A stretch of DNA of 64,000 bases, filler included, from Choristocarpus tenellus KU-1152 (lineage: Eukaryota; Protista; Phaeophyceae): assembly GCA_964200185.2 (NCBI GenBank). It is 12 parts of 12 records of this genome, joined end to end, with 100 filler letters (N's around TTAATTAATTAA, not from the genome) between each part and the next. Parts side by side here need not be neighbours in the genome. Positions count along the whole stretch, not along the records: positions 1 to 16,016 come from CAXNAD020000889.1; 11 more parts are not named here. One strand, given 5' to 3'. The notes under the pieces are model-generated. The model did no database searches and was not told where the DNA came from. It saw only the letters and a program-made list of their open reading frames with translations. Below, in pieces: positions 1-14,100 of the stretch. The translations under genes were made by a program, and so were the position numbers. Position 1 is the stretch's first letter, and the number at the start of each line of letters is the position of its first letter.

Positions 1-87
1 TGAGCTTTGTCAGCAACTTTGCTGCATGCTCATGGGGGAGTGTGCAATATAGACTAGTAGTCTATATGGTTTATTGTGTAAAAGTAA

Positions 88-156
88 TGTAACTTGAACT
101 TACAAGCGACTGACGCAGTGTAACTTGAACTTATAAGTGACTGACGTAGTGTAACT
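88..156. repeat. 31-bp tandem repeat (~2.2 copies)
   Basis: tgtaacttgaacttacaagcgactgacgcag (88-118), tgtaacttgaacttataagtgactgacgtag (119-149), then tgtaact. Confidence 0.85.
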
Positions 157-714
157 GTCACAAACATGTTTAAACATATCTGTTCTTTTTTGCATAGTTT
201 CGAGGTTAGTTTTTTCGTTTATTTGCTTGCATGTGTTGGATTTAGTATGTACACAAGTGGGGTTGTCGCTCAGGGTGTTAAGGTTAAAGTTGTTGGCATG
301 AAGGAAAGAGAACAGGGTCAGGTTTTAGTTTCGGGTTAGTGAATTGTTTGTTTGATGTAATATGTCGACGGATTCTGGATGTGTTCACAAAGGCTTATTG
401 GTCAAGGTCTATTGTCGTACGTTTCGCTGAAAGTATCTCAAGATATGCAACCCTTGATTCTGGGTTAGGATTAGTGGGTTGAATAAATCCTGATGAGGTA
501 GGGTTGGTTTGTCGCAAGTAGGGTCGATGACGGCACTGATACGTAATTCAGGTAAGACTCTTGTCTATTTTAGGTTGGCACGGGATGCAGATGGGCTCAG
601 TGAAAATGTTAGGGCAAGGATATGGTTAGTGTTGGTGTGCGGGGTGGCAATCCTGGACATTCGTCGAGTTCATGGCATATGTTTGGGGTAGGCTCAGGTT
701 TTGTGTTGTGATTA

Positions 715-971
715 GAGCCAAAGTATCTTAGAGGGTAGAGCCACGTCCATTTGGGGGCCAAAATCTAACGTTGTGATTTCGATGTAATTTCGACGATCGT
801 ATTTTTTAGGAAATGTCAATATCATTGTTCTGGACACACCTTTTAAAATGTATACATTTTACCAACTGAGAAATCTTTGGAGTAGGTAAGACATCATACA
901 CACCTCGAGGGAAGCCAAGCCCCAAATGGACAAACAGGGCAAAACTCGTACCCTCTGAGATACTTTCACTC
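715..971 (+). mobile_element. MITE family A (~257 bp), full copy
   Basis: Imperfect 23-bp TIRs gagccaaagtatcttagagggta ... taccctctgagatactttcactc, flanked by tta/tta. Homologous to copies at 37108, 38165 and 38966. Confidence 0.85.
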
Positions 972-1855
972 TTAGGAGCATTAGGCGTGGACTTCGGTAT
1001 ATGATCATACAAGATTTGAAGGAGGACGAGATTGGCCCTCGTTTGTCGACACTTGGACAAAGCATGAGATGGTGCATATATTATTGAGAAGCAGGGGGGA
1101 GGTAGGTAGTAGGGTTCACGGAATAATTAGTGGCTGGTAAGAAGACAACGTATCCATCACAGGCCTTAGTGAATTGATAGGAACCTTAGTGGAAAAGATG
1201 GATAAGAGATGTTTAAAAAATGTTTTATAATTTAGTAAGAACAATGCTCCGCACATGAATGAATCCACGCTGTCTATACACAGATATTGCATATATATAT
1301 CCCCTGATATCCCTTCATACACAAGTAAAATCCTCCCATAACGTCCAACCCTGACATCCAAACCAGTACCATTTCTTTCTCCTACTCTACAACCGCTATC
1401 GTCAATTTTCACAGAATATTTTACAAGTTCCATAGGGCAATTAAGCGTATCCCATTCCTTCATTTCGCTGTCCAAGAGTATCCTCTATTCTACATAAAAC
1501 TCTCCATTCCTCAAAAACAAACCCCTGTACAACCAAACAAGACCATCACGCGCAAACACATGCCAATAGTCTAACACACCAACACAGCCCTTGCAACGAA
1601 CATCTTTGTGCTGATGCAGGACGCACAACCGGGTCCCCGTGTCGTGCCCCTTCAGGCTATCATCATCCCAGACTGCACAGACATCCACCACAACCACCTG
1701 GGCAACATATTCACGATCCTGCCTGGACAATACCAGAGGTTCACCTCAGAATCCAACCGGCAATCCCTTGGTGGGATCCCTGCTCGCTTCTCCAGGCAAC
1801 TCAGACTTGGGGAGACATCCGACGCCAGGTTCGATCGAGGAACCAGCTTCATCCC

Positions 1856-2440
1856 ATGCGCGAGTGGGGGGTCTATCGTACAGGGGAAGGTCAGCGATGC
1901 TCACGTGGACGGTTCAGGGGCGTACATCTACTCAATGTCCTACCTTCCGGACGATGGCGAAAAATCTTTGCCCCCTCATCTGAGGTCGTACATGAGACAG
2001 AGGACGAGATAGAGGAGGGTGGCGACCAACTTAGGGAGAAGAACAAGAGGGACACAGAGTCGAGGCCGCAGCCCAGCGTTTCAGACAACGCCGCCGGTCG
2101 ATGGTTGGCCGCCAGTGGAAGCGTATTAACATGGAGAAGGATATGGAGAAATATATACTCCTTGAGCCGACACTGAGGACTGTGCCGAATTTAGATGAGG
2201 GAGAAACACTCAATGCCGGTGCCAAGGGCAGGGGACTATACATCAGATGGGACGATCAGTGGATGCGAGGGACTGTGACCAAGTACCAGCCCTACTACAC
2301 AGTGGAAGTTGGAGATGAGCGAGTCAGCTACCCCTACGAGGTCAAATGGGAGAATAGCGAATTGCGAAATATCCAGCTTGTTTTGGAACGATACAGTATA
2401 TAGACCAAGACGCTCCTACACCAGCCTAGTTCTTGACAAG
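1856..2440 (+). pseudogene. Frameshifted ORF remnant with Tudor/SH3-like beta-barrel motifs, probably TE-derived
   Basis: IRWDDQWMRGTVTKYQPYYTVEVGDERVSYPYEVKWENSE (ORF 2101-2403) and VQGKVSDAHVDGSGAYIYSMSY resemble Tudor-like W..G.V....Y.V.Y patterns. The frames are broken. Confidence 0.3.
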
Positions 2441-3399
2441 TCCCACTCTCCCCCCATACTGACGAGCGGCACGACTTTGAGGAGCAACCTAGGCCAATTC
2501 CTGTTCGTGAGTCACCCTCTACTTCGCCAATCAGACACATGCCTCGACCGACATGTTGTGCTGGAGAGGTCGGACGTTCTCTAAACCAACGGACTTATAT
2601 ATTTGGTATATTGATTTTAATATCTTCCTGAAGAGTTTGTGTCTATATGTGTCCTCATACGCATGCTTTTATAGGCCCGATGGCATCCTAGATTTCATCT
2701 CGATTAGTGTGTTCTGCCACTATTCTCTAACACCCTTACTACCATGAACCAATCATTTTTCCTCCCCTCTTTGCGTTGATCGAACTACAGAGCAATTGAC
2801 AGAAACCTTGCTAAAATAACGTTGACGCAGAAGCATCTCGTACTCCGTATACGTATAGAGTGCTACTGTAGGAGAGTGTTGTTTATGCATGGGGGAGATG
2901 TTTAAGTAGTGGGGCAACGTTATTCCTCTATCTGGTTCAATGTGGTTGAATGAAGTGTAGTTATGTATTGTTAAACGTTTCATATTGTTGTATTAATAGT
3001 GCTTAGTACATGGTGATTAATGTGATGCAGTCTGAGGGGGAAACAACAAAAAGAAAGGAAGTGAATTCATTATTCTGCCCGATATATCAGAACTGCACTG
3101 GTGGTCTACAACTTTCGCTAGGAAGGAGGAGAGAAAAGGTGAAACGCACCAAGTGGGCGTTTACTTTTGTTGAGAGTTCAGTTGTCAGGGTTGTGGAAAT
3201 AGGCAAGTGTGCATGTGTGCTCTTTAGGGTTGTGAGTCATAGTGATTCACTTGTGAACTGAGGAATTGACAAAGTAACCGAGAGGGGGGTGCTGCTACGA
3301 TTTGAAGGACTCCTCTGACTCTCTGATATCACAGGTTTTGCAGCACCCAGTCCTGTGGAGTAGATGTTGACTGTTTTTTTTGCACATCCAGTTTTTCAG

Positions 3400-5400
3400 A
3401 AGGAAAGTATCCTTACTGACGACCTTTGTCAATTGTTTATTTAAACTTTGTTTTTAATAAACCCTTTAAGGTTGGAACATCCACAAACTCCTCTTGGTTA
3501 TTTCGATACAATAATGGGTGTCCTAATCGAACCCTTTGATAATCTGTTGTTTTTTTGTCTGCAGGACCCCGTGAAAAAGTGTTCGTTGCAGTGCCCATTT
3601 CCACCTCGAGCTTCCTCCATGCACTTCTCCTTGTCTAATACATGGACGATTTGATTCAATTGGGTGCACCTCCAAAAAAATTTGAGTCGAAGTAATTTTT
3701 TTTCGCAAATCCTCTCAATTCACATTGCTAGAACTTTTGCAAACCCTTAGTTACCGAGGAGATGGACCTAGTAAACCCTTGTGCTCTTTGAACAGGAAGC
3801 GCTTCTTTCGCTTGTCTGTGTTTTTTTGTGCTTGTGAATACACGTTGCCGACCTGTAATTCGGTTTGATGTGGCATTTATTTGGTGATGCCAAGCGCCCT
3901 ACATGCAGGATTTGGATTATTTTACACAGCAGGGGTAGTTCATAGTTTACCTTGAGCTGCTGTGGCACCTCTCATTGGAGGGAGACCTCCAGGGAATATA
4001 TTTTTATGACATCCTTGTTCCATTTTCGAGATTTGTGAAGTTGATGATCAGGAACCCCCAATGGTGAGACCTTCCCTCAATGTACATGTTTTATTGTCTC
4101 AGGAGTGTCATGTTGAAGTTGGGCTCACCTTCCCCAAACTAGCCATTGTGAATGCCGTTCCCAAAACAGTGTCAGTGAGATGTTTCATTCCACGAGTATT
4201 CAAAACATTTTTTTTTTCACTTTTCATTTGCATTGCCGAGGAAAGAAATCCGAAGCACGATTGTTCACCCCTCATGCAGCAACAAAACAAACCTGGGAAA
4301 AGAGAGAGCCCAGACTCACAACACAGATCTGAAACACGTACAAATGCTCTAAAAATGGACTCAGACCAACAATGAAGAAGATGACACTTCTTGTATTTGG
4401 AAACCACATGGAAGAAGTTGTGGATGAAATCTTACCAATGAATTGAAACAGGAAAGGGACGGTACAGAGGTTTCCCTCCAACGACTCTTCCTATTGCCAT
4501 AAGGTGCATCACAGGCTCAAATGAGGTAGTTTATTCCCCTTGCTGTTTAGAAGGATATTTCCTGCAGAGTAGAAGAACATTGGTAATACAATAAATTACA
4601 CACACAAACAAGTGGTACTGTATTCATTATTGTGACCATGCAACAGGATCTGCACCCTGCAAATTGTTCAAAAAAGTTCGTGGCTCCAGATGGCTATCAA
4701 ACATTAATGGACTTCATTTCACTTTGTTCAGCTCGCATGTCCATGACTATAGAGTTGGGAGTTGTTGAATGTGTGTGGGGGCAGGTAAAATAGAGCATTA
4801 TTTCGGTTGCAGATGAATCAGTTATCCAGTGATAGAACTGCCTGTTTTGAGGCCAGTACACTCAAATACAAGGATGTAGAGGATAATCCTGTGTTGCAAC
4901 CACATTGAAACGTTGTGACATCTCAACTTGGTGAACGTCCTACCACTCATTGATATGATTGTGTGTTTCCCTGCTGTTCAACACCAACATTGAGATACCC
5001 TTGGGTCAATTCTTCAGAGGTATGGTTCCTGTGCTTCTTGAAAGCCTTTCATTTTCTTTCTGTTGACATGATGAAATTGGACTATTTCTAATTGGTATTG
5101 ACTGCTTATATCAAGTGGAGCAAAAAAACTTAACCAGAATCTATTGTGTGACTCTATTGTGTGACTAGGGTTTATAATTTGTCGGTCTAACAGGCTGGTG
5201 TACAATTGCAAGTACATCTGATAACATACAAAAACGGAGAGCAAGAGATGGGGTTGAGGAAGAGAAAGTATGTTCAAGAAACCTGTTTGAACATGAGAAT
5301 ATTGTATACTTCTATAATTCTGCCAAACCTACGGATGCTCTGTGAAGATTGATGAGAGGTAGTTCCTTGCACACATCACCTATCGGTACAATCCACTCTC
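3400..5400 (-). mobile_element. Degenerate KDZ/CxC-type transposase relic (boundaries approximate)
   Basis: Minus strand 4050-4310 gives PGLFCCCMRGEQSCFGF, then across frameshifts NE(S)EK..FE and EPNF...MYIEGRSHHWG. This echoes the PGLF-C-HG-C-GF-ES...EP-FF...VDRFHW order of KDZ-like transposases. Many stops. Confidence 0.35.
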
Positions 5401-6067
5401 CCCTTTAGCCTCAAAACACTTGGCGCCAAAGATCAAAACGGGGGGAGAGGGAGGGTAGATATCCTTTCAGTCTAAAAGGTGACAGATGCGTCGTGCATAT
5501 ACCATTGTCATTTGCCAAGTGCAGACTCTCAGGAATATCATCCCAAAACAGTGTATACAACACCCACACAAGTACTGTACAACATCCAATACATCACAGG
5601 AAGCACACTGGAGAAACCACGCTGAGATTCAAGGACTAGGTGAAGGAAACCGATTTTCCCTTACCCATAGCCCCTCCCCTTCCAAGCTTCTCCAAAGGAA
5701 CAGCTTCACAAGCCCGGCTGTTGCTACCTTTTGTGGGTTTTCAGCTGACTCACAATCATTCCTGCACAATCTCAGTTGATATTTTCCTGGAGTTTTAACA
5801 GTGACCATGATGGGCAGGTGAATCCCACCTCTTTTGGCTAGACACCTAACAACTCGCCGAAATAACTCATCCTACAAATTACAGATTTAGGGTTCCCCGT
5901 CCTAATAGAAGGCTATGAGGAAGGGGGGCAGCTGCTCTTCATGAATAAGCATGCTGGTGCATCTGCACAAGGTTCTGCCATCCTATCTACCCGTTACACT
6001 TCTATGTCCCCCCTAGCCGCCCAGGTTATCTCTTCATTGCCGGTGATGCCGTTGTTCGTTGCTTGAT

Positions 6068-7657
6068 CTACTGACCAGCAAGTTGCTGAAGGTACGAATA
6101 GGAGGCCTGCTTTATCCATTCCTTCCCATGTGGTACATACGACTTTGTGGCGGGTTCAAATCTGAGAGAGTGAAAACGAGAAAATTAGAATACAGACAGC
6201 AGGCCAAAAGGTGAAAGAGATTGTACAGCAAATCAAGAGGTGATGAAGCACCTTAGGCAGTGATTGTGAGATGAGATTGGTCTACCAACAATACTCAAGG
6301 AGAGGTTGCCACACTAATTGCATTACTGTACCATTTTTCTCTACACCACACCAAGCAAGGCAAACTGCAGCTATGCCAAGAAAGGAGGTGTTCAATTTGA
6401 GTCCATCATTATACATCAAAAAAATCAAAAGAGTATTTTTGTCCAGCTACTCGTATAAATGTAGCTATGACAGAAGTAGGCATATGACCTGCAAGACACC
6501 ACCTAGTTTTCCACCACACACATGCATACATACAAATAGATTGTCTGATCAGAGGTACAAAATCAAGTTCGACATGTTCCTTAGAGCCTCCATTGAAAGG
6601 GCAAGTCTTTTCTGTGTCTCCTTGCTTATCCAAACCTACTTTCTCTTCAATTCACCCATACAATATTTGTAGTGTAGATAGTACAACACTCACACTAATA
6701 CACTGAGGTCGGTGAGTCCATCAATGAAGCCAAGGAGGTCCAAAACATCGTACTGGATGTGGGTCCTGGACGGGTTGATTTCCTTCAAACGAGCCTCATA
6801 GAGCTTGGTGACGCCTACGACGAAGAGGCACGCAAAGGTTATCTAAGAGTGATGAGTAAAAAAACATATCCAAAGTATAGGAGACAGTCCTTGGAAAAAT
6901 TACCCTGTGCAAGGAGCTAAAATATGTAGTGACCTAGGTGGGTAGCACAAATGTATGAAACATGCCTGGTCACAAATAGGAACACCTGAAGTAGCGCTCC
7001 TCTGGCCAGGACGGATTGAAACTGTGCTTGAAGAAACACCCCACGCAACAGACCGCCCCTTCCACCCGCACAAAACAATCGAGAAAAAAGTCGACCGAGC
7101 GCGCAGGGGAACACCAGTCCAAAACGAATCAATGAAGGGTGCTTCATCGAGAGTATGTCTGTGGCATTGTCCCCTTCGAAAGATCGAATCATCAATACAC
7201 AAAAACAACCATGGTACAATCAGTCGTTGAATATACCCATTACGCCTTACCCCTCTCTCCAACACAGCAATCCCCAAACTTGACCTCAACTCACATTCCA
7301 TGGCAAGATGGATTGCTGGGAACTCATGGTAGGTTCGTGTGCTGGCGTCGCCTGACTGCGACAACAGTATTGTGTGCTTACCCTGACCAGCCGACCAAGG
7401 CAAGGGGAGGGGCAATGGATGCATGTTAACACAGAATGACACAGATGCTATCACGTGGGAGATTCACATTCGGTTAAAGGAATATGCTTTCTATTTCATT
7501 CGTCTTAACATCTCCACACGTCCCCACGAAGCATCCATAGACAACGGAGACTTTCCACCATCACTTGAACGATTGGATGCGAAATCTAAAATGTGGAACC
7601 AACCAGCCACTCCAGAGGAAATTATCCGAACTCTAGTTGGACGATTTGACGCACCAT
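6068..7657 (-). CDS. ERH: Enhancer of rudimentary homolog; exons 7657-7655 (ATG only), 7382-7295, 6814-6694, 6161-6068
   Basis: Spliced product MGKHTILLSQSGDASTRTYHEFPAIHLAMECVTKLYEARLKEINPSRTHIQYDVLDLLGFIDGLTDLSVLVFEPATKSYVPHGKEWIKQASYSYLQQLAGQ* matches ERH motifs (HTILL, RTY, LYE..LK..NP, I.YD...L..FID.L.DLS.LV, KEWIK). All introns are GT-AG with consistent phases. The ATG-only first exon is inferred. Confidence 0.93.
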
Positions 7658-7758
7658 GCTTATGACTGTTAGAGACTCTAGAGAGCGTTATCCGTATTCA
7701 AACTTTCCTGGCTCCTTTTGAAATCACTCTAATCCATCCAGGGTACCCTGAGTTGTAC

Positions 7759-9820
7759 ATGATTAGGAAGGCGGTAACATTGAAAATCCCCTCATTTTAC
7801 GTTGGTTACCTTCTTACACTTGATAAAAGGGGATGGTCTCCATTTCACCCTCTCCCAAAAGCATTCCAACTTCATTCCCTCAACTATTATATGAACCCGT
7901 AGAGGCCTTGAGTTGAAAGATTGAGGGGATTTCTTCCACTGCTTTTCAAGCTGTCGACCTTATCTCCTAGTTCAGATGAGCCTAGGTGGCACGTCGAATT
8001 ATGAGGAAGAAAACGAGTGAAGGCGAAACAAAAGAGGTTGATGTGGACTACTACGAGGGTCTTCCCAGCAAGTGTAGAACATCGATGGTAATGTCAGCAT
8101 GCGCTCTTACCTCGAAACCCCAAAGTTCGTTACGCCCTTCGACTGCTTGTTCAACCCTCCCCACTGTCTCAATCATACGAATCAACATAAAGCTTATCCC
8201 TACTATGCCGTGGACAATAGGCAGAGGTAACCAATGCTGTTCAGATGGGTTTACTACAGCCAATGAGTCGCCTTGCGTACCATCTCGCGTTTGATGAGGG
8301 ACCTGGTGTATGGCACTTGGTTCCTCAAGCTGAATTTCGAGGAGTGGATCCAATTGTTTCTACCACTACCTCATCAGTTGATGTCGATAGACGGACTCAA
8401 ACAGTGACAGAAAACTTGCTGAGGAGTGGTAAGGACGAACTCCAGGCCACGAAAGATGGCAAAGAAAAAACCGTAGACCAAGGCTGCAACGATAATACCA
8501 CCGAAACTGGTATGCACAACACGAAAATGGGGTCAGATGAACAAACCTTCAATCCAACGGATACTTTGGAAGATACAAAACGAGGCTCTAGAGAGAGCAG
8601 GCAACAACTGAGTGGGAAAGATGCCCAAACCGCTGCAGGAGACCACACATTGAACAAACAAACTGCAGAAGGGGTCAAACACCCCACGCAAGAAAAACTG
8701 CAGGGAGTCACCATTGACTCAAGGTCTGAGACAATGCCTCTCTTGTCTGAGAATATGCACGAAGCACAGTCAGCAGAAGTCTAGAGTGTTTCAACTACTT
8801 CGGCAAGCACTGAACCTTACTATTTCTTGGCATGTGCTAATAAGATGTCATCCTCCTTGTGCAGGGGTGGACAGGCTCCTAAGTTGCAAGTTGTAAAGTG
8901 GAGGGGAGAGCCAATCATGGTGAACTTGGAAGGTGTAGACATTACACTCTTTTCAGGTGAGGCCTCGTCCACACTCAGAGATGAAGTGACCATGATGTTC
9001 ATGTAGAAGGATACGAAACCTCAGTTCCAAGAAGAAATTTTCTGAAGATGAGGTGAAATCTTGTGATGAGCTGTCCCAGTAACAACCTCAAGGACCTCTG
9101 GTAGGTACAACCGAAGATAGGATGAAGACTCAACAGTGGAGCAAGGAACGACCTCTTGGGAAGCACAATCAGAGGAGATATAGTCTTTGCCAGCAAGGCA
9201 CAGCTGAACTTAGTCCAGCTAGCAGGCTCGAGGAGGTCCTAACAGAGAGAAATAGTTATACAAGTTTTGCTGCAATCAAGAGTGAAGCAAAAGAATCTGA
9301 ACAAGTGAAGGACAGCAATATCAATAGATTGGTCTCTAGTGGTCCTGTGTGCAACAGCGAGACCCTTCCTGTACCTGACAATACACTAACCAGTGTTACC
9401 CCCTCTGATACCTACAAAGAAAAATATATGCCCACTGATTGGACCCATGTCTTCCTCGAGACACCCTACCTTGGTCCCCCCATGGCAGATGCTCCAAGGG
9501 CATGGTGTGATGGAGAAAACGGGTCAGTGATGAAGGACACCAATGACAACTTCTGTGATGAGTCTAAGGTCGATTACAAGGAGGGTGGCACTGATAACAG
9601 CTGCCTGGGACTGAAATACAAAGACCGTTTTTTTGATCGAGCAGTTCAACGCCAGTATGCCTGTGCGGAGAAGCGTGAGGATATCAGACATGGTAATGAG
9701 GATAACTATTCACAGGACAAACAGGCGTGTTCAAGGAGACTGGAGTGGTCCAGTGATGAGGGGAAGTGGAGTGAAGACACTGATACCTTTATGTATGCAA
9801 ATGATAATCAGTGTAAGTAG
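7759..9820 (+). pseudogene. Unknown spliced gene divergent from ERH, apparently decaying; exons 7759-7773, 7986-8087, 8221 onward
   Basis: Splices in phase to MIRKA|VARRIMRKKTSEGETKEVDVDYYEGLPSKCRTSM|AEVTNAVQMGLLQPMSRLAYHLAFDEGPGVWHLVPQAEF. The long polar exon is interrupted by TAG at 8782, a frameshift near 8990 and TAA at 9080, and resumes as ORF 9122-9820. Confidence 0.4.
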
Positions 9821-11188
9821 AAGTAGTTGTGATAACTCCCTTGGAATTTTTCTGAGCGTTGCAACAGCTCCTCTCTCTATCATAGTTAAAATACTCCTGA
9901 GGAGCAGGTTAGCCAGTCAATGTAGGAAGAATCATCAGATAAGAACAAAAAATTGGGAACCTTCCTGTAAATATCTTGTGCACTGATAGTACATCCACTG
10001 CAAAGCAAACACAGAGGTCCTTATCAATACTCAGTCCATCGCCTTTTTCTTACCAAAGGGAAATGCCAATCTAGAACTCCTAACCAACACAAATCACTTC
10101 TCTGCAACATGAATGCAGAGAATGCAACTCATGACCACCCAAACAGGTACACCACTGAAATTTTTCATTTTGTGCTGCATCAGCTGGTCCTCAATCACCT
10201 GTTCCAGCTTTTGGTGAGACAACTACAAAGCTTTTCTGCAACTCATGACCACCCAAAAGCACTTCAAGCAAGAGTATTCCTGCCTATGCTACAAAATACA
10301 TGCCCCACCTCCAGGAGGAAATGGACTCCTCTCCAATAGCACATATTACATAAAACCTCATCAGTAATTCTGACCAAGTATCCCCGTGGATTGGTCTTTT
10401 GGAACACCCCCACACACACCCCCAGCAGCCCACGGGCAATATTCTGTGGAATTTTCCTTATATTGGATGTTCTTCCAGGAAGGTGTGAGAAGTACCTATT
10501 TTTATGTTTTTTTACCCTTGGTGCACACAGAACCCTGAAAAGGAATATATTGTCTATCAACAAAGTGTAATGTGACCAGCAGTTTCATTCACAGCACTCA
10601 TCACCTATCCTAGGCACAAAATTGGAGGAGAAATATCTGCACTCACAGGGCGCAGGTGCACTCAACATTGGAGAGAAGCATGGGAGGGAAAAACCGTGGA
10701 AGGCTTCCTCATGATCATGGTGGGCGGATGCGTTCTGCCTAGCGATCCACTTGCTAAGAGTAATGTTTCCCCCCCTCCAGAATACAGGAGGTGAGATAAG
10801 GTAGCTCTGTTCCTTCAGGTCCATGGATCGCCTTGATCTGGCAAATGTGATTGCCAAAGGAGAGCAACACAACCTCTCCATAAAAATTCATCAAGCAACA
10901 CCTCAGTAACAATCCCCAAGTTTGCTCGCTCTGCTGCTAAAACTCATCCTCCAACCTCAATACCAATTGCTTCATCTCCAGGCCACACACACCTGCTGTC
11001 TCAACTTGGTATAAAAGCAATCTAATCACCTCTTCCACAGCACTTCCAAAATCTCCCCACCCCCCCTCCGCACACCACTGCACTGATCAGGCTCTTTCAA
11101 CTTGTCCCCACACATCCAGTACTATGCATAATGTAAAAACGTCACACCCACAGACATGAAGGCATGGATGCATGTGTTTGTCTTGCCC

Positions 11189-14100
11189 TCACTGGTCCTG
11201 CTGTGAGTCAAGGTCTGAGAGAATTACCTTCTCCTGCCCCTTCTCAAACGCTGGCTTACCCAGGAAGGGGCACGTGGCACACCTGAATGCATCTCCCTGA
11301 GGATCATGGAATACAAAATAGACACACAAACACAAATCCACGTGCAAATGTTCATAAATGAGGGAAGAGATTCACACAGACGCCTGTCCACTTAGGCATC
11401 GCCAACAATACCTACCCTTTCCCTGAGAAATAGCGTCTTCTCATCACAGCAAACCGTCATCATACACAACCAAGCACTTACACTACAGAACTCACGCTGG
11501 CCCACACACTGACTGGCTTAGGTGGATTACACTAAATAACATTTCTCCATACATGTACCATCAATCGATTTGGTAAGGCTCGAAAAACACGGAGTTTCAC
11601 CCAGTCATACGGAGGTGTAACAAGAGTTAGCAATAAGTGTCAACAACAAAACGAAGTTGCTAGAACATTACATGTTCTTTCTTCTGAATGTCAGTGGAAG
11701 CTCTGGCAAGACACCAGAGAGAGGGATGTTTCTTCAGCGAGACATGTACTGAGTCAATCAAATTCTCAGTACATCCAAAAAAACCCTCACACCTGGAATG
11801 TTTGTATTCATTCATCTATCAAACCCAAAGACACACCAAAAGGCAATTATAACCTATTGGCTTCAAGGCAAAAACCTCTGGTTGCGGAAGAAAAATGACT
11901 AGAAACAATGAGAAGCCTAAAGAATCAATCACCGTTATTTTTAATTGATTGCTTTTGTAACTAGCCATCCCAACCTGTGGACTTTCCAAGGTAGGTTGCC
12001 AGTCTACATTAACCACTAATCCACTAGAAGTTTTACCACCATAATTAAAATTTTAACAAAACATAACATGCTTTTGAGTGCTTTACTTACAGAAAAAAGA
12101 AAGCCACCACCCAGCTCAAAAACTTGCAAAATCTATCCCCCCACCCCCTCCCCTCCTTCTAATCAAAGGTGTACATTTGTACTCTGCTTTTGAAGCAGTT
12201 GATATTAAAGAGGGTACATTCGGTCTAGTTTGGCACAGTATGTCAATGAAAGAAATTGTTGACAGAATATGTAAATATACTTGTAGGCACAACTCATCCT
12301 CTGTAAAACGTTTACAAAACATTTGTCCTGACACTCCCCCATCAACAAAATACACGTCAAAATTCGTCCCACACCACTCTCCCCTCGGCAAAACATGTGC
12401 AAGTCTTTCCTGACATTTAACATATTGATTTGAATCCCTCCCCAATGATTTATGATTTGTGTTCGTGAGCACAAGTTGTACAAATCACAGTGTGTTGATT
12501 TGTCACATCTCATCAGGTTGTCGGAATATTTGTCCCACACCGCTCTCAGAAATATGAATGCGTACAAACGAAATGGATCCACAAATGAAAGTGTCAACTC
12601 CTAAATCTCTGAGTTGTGAAGATGTGCTTCAACCCACAAAAACTCCAATTTATTACAGGAATGTATTACGGGAATGGGCACTGATTTGTAAGAAATTGAT
12701 TTGTACCCCACAAATCTGTTTTGATTTTGATTTGTCCAACGTGTGATTTAAATCCTGTTTTGAGTGAATGAAAGCACTGTATCCCCTTTCCGATCCCCTC
12801 CTAACTGAAGAAGTACATTGGTGTGCCATTAATGTTCAAGAGAAAATAACAGAAAACCAAACACACAACAGCGACCCCCAACCTACAGTTGCTCTAACAT
12901 TGCAAATGAAAAAGATGTCGTTTCACCTTATAGCAACTGCCACAAGAGGATGTAGGAATTGTTCCCCCATCCCCCACAACGCTAGCATCAGCATCAGCCA
13001 AGCCCTGCTCCATTTCTGCCCGACCACACGAGCAGTCCTTGCATGCCCGGCGCTTGGTGGCACACCCACCAGCATCCTGAAAACAAGCACCAGTGAAGTA
13101 GAGTGGTTGCATGAGGTCATGGTAGGTGTAAGTGGGCAGCTTGCATTTGGAACAAACTGGTTGGTTGAACGAAAGACAGAGTTATCGTTCCCTCTTCGAA
13201 CTTGGACTCAACCCCAAAATGTTCTTTGTTGGACTGGCTGGGAATCCGGTGAAGATCACCTTTACAAAAGTTTCTATAAATCTTTTTTTTTAAATACTAG
13301 TCATGCATACACCTCCAAGATTAATCTTTGTGCCAATTATCTAGAGCAAATACTGAACCGACGCATACCAGAAAGAAGTGAAACAACAAGCCAAATACAG
13401 TAGAACATCAATGCAGATCTCAGCAAACGATCTTCCAACACACCTCAGTGACCCTCTTCACTGGGGCTGAAGCCTCTAACAAGGCATCCTCATCAACTAG
13501 ATCATCTGCCATCCCTTCTAGATCATCCTCCAGGCTCAGGGCTACCTTCCACGTGGTCTTCTTGTCACCTGGATCAGCTCCTTTGGATGCTGCTACCATG
13601 GGGACCCGAGGGTCCTCCAAGGCTTTCCAAAAAGAGGAAGATAATTTCATGATCAGAATGACATAGCAACAGGTAAAAGGATCAGTTGTTGGGGGCGAGG
13701 GTGGCATGGGGGTGCTACCACAAATTAAAAGGTGGGAAAAGGATAAGTGTGGCTGGAAGGGAGGAGAGGCTTTGCTGAAAAATCTGCTGCATATTCAACC
13801 ATCCCCTGCAAATAATGACTTGTCTAGTGGCAACACCAGTAAGAACGATTGATCTTGGTCTTCACACCAGTCCACCATATCTCTCAGCTGCATAAAATAG
13901 CCCTAGGTCATGCAATCAACAGTTGAACACAATTTTACATTTAACACACGTATCACCAAGAGTCAGACAGACAGTTATGAGTTCTGTCTTGTAAGGATGA
14001 GGTTGTGGGAAATGGGCAAGGAACTCTTGGACACAAATATGTTGTGCTTAAAGGAAAAGGTTGCAAAACACTAATATGCTCCCTTCTTCAACTTACCTGC

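Noticed and set aside
6955-7230. Plus-strand ORF with PWWP-like 'LLWPGRIE'
   Set aside because: Lies within an ERH intron on the opposite strand; no further support.
12768-13403. 211-aa plus-strand ORF
   Set aside because: Antisense shadow of an anamorsin exon and its introns.
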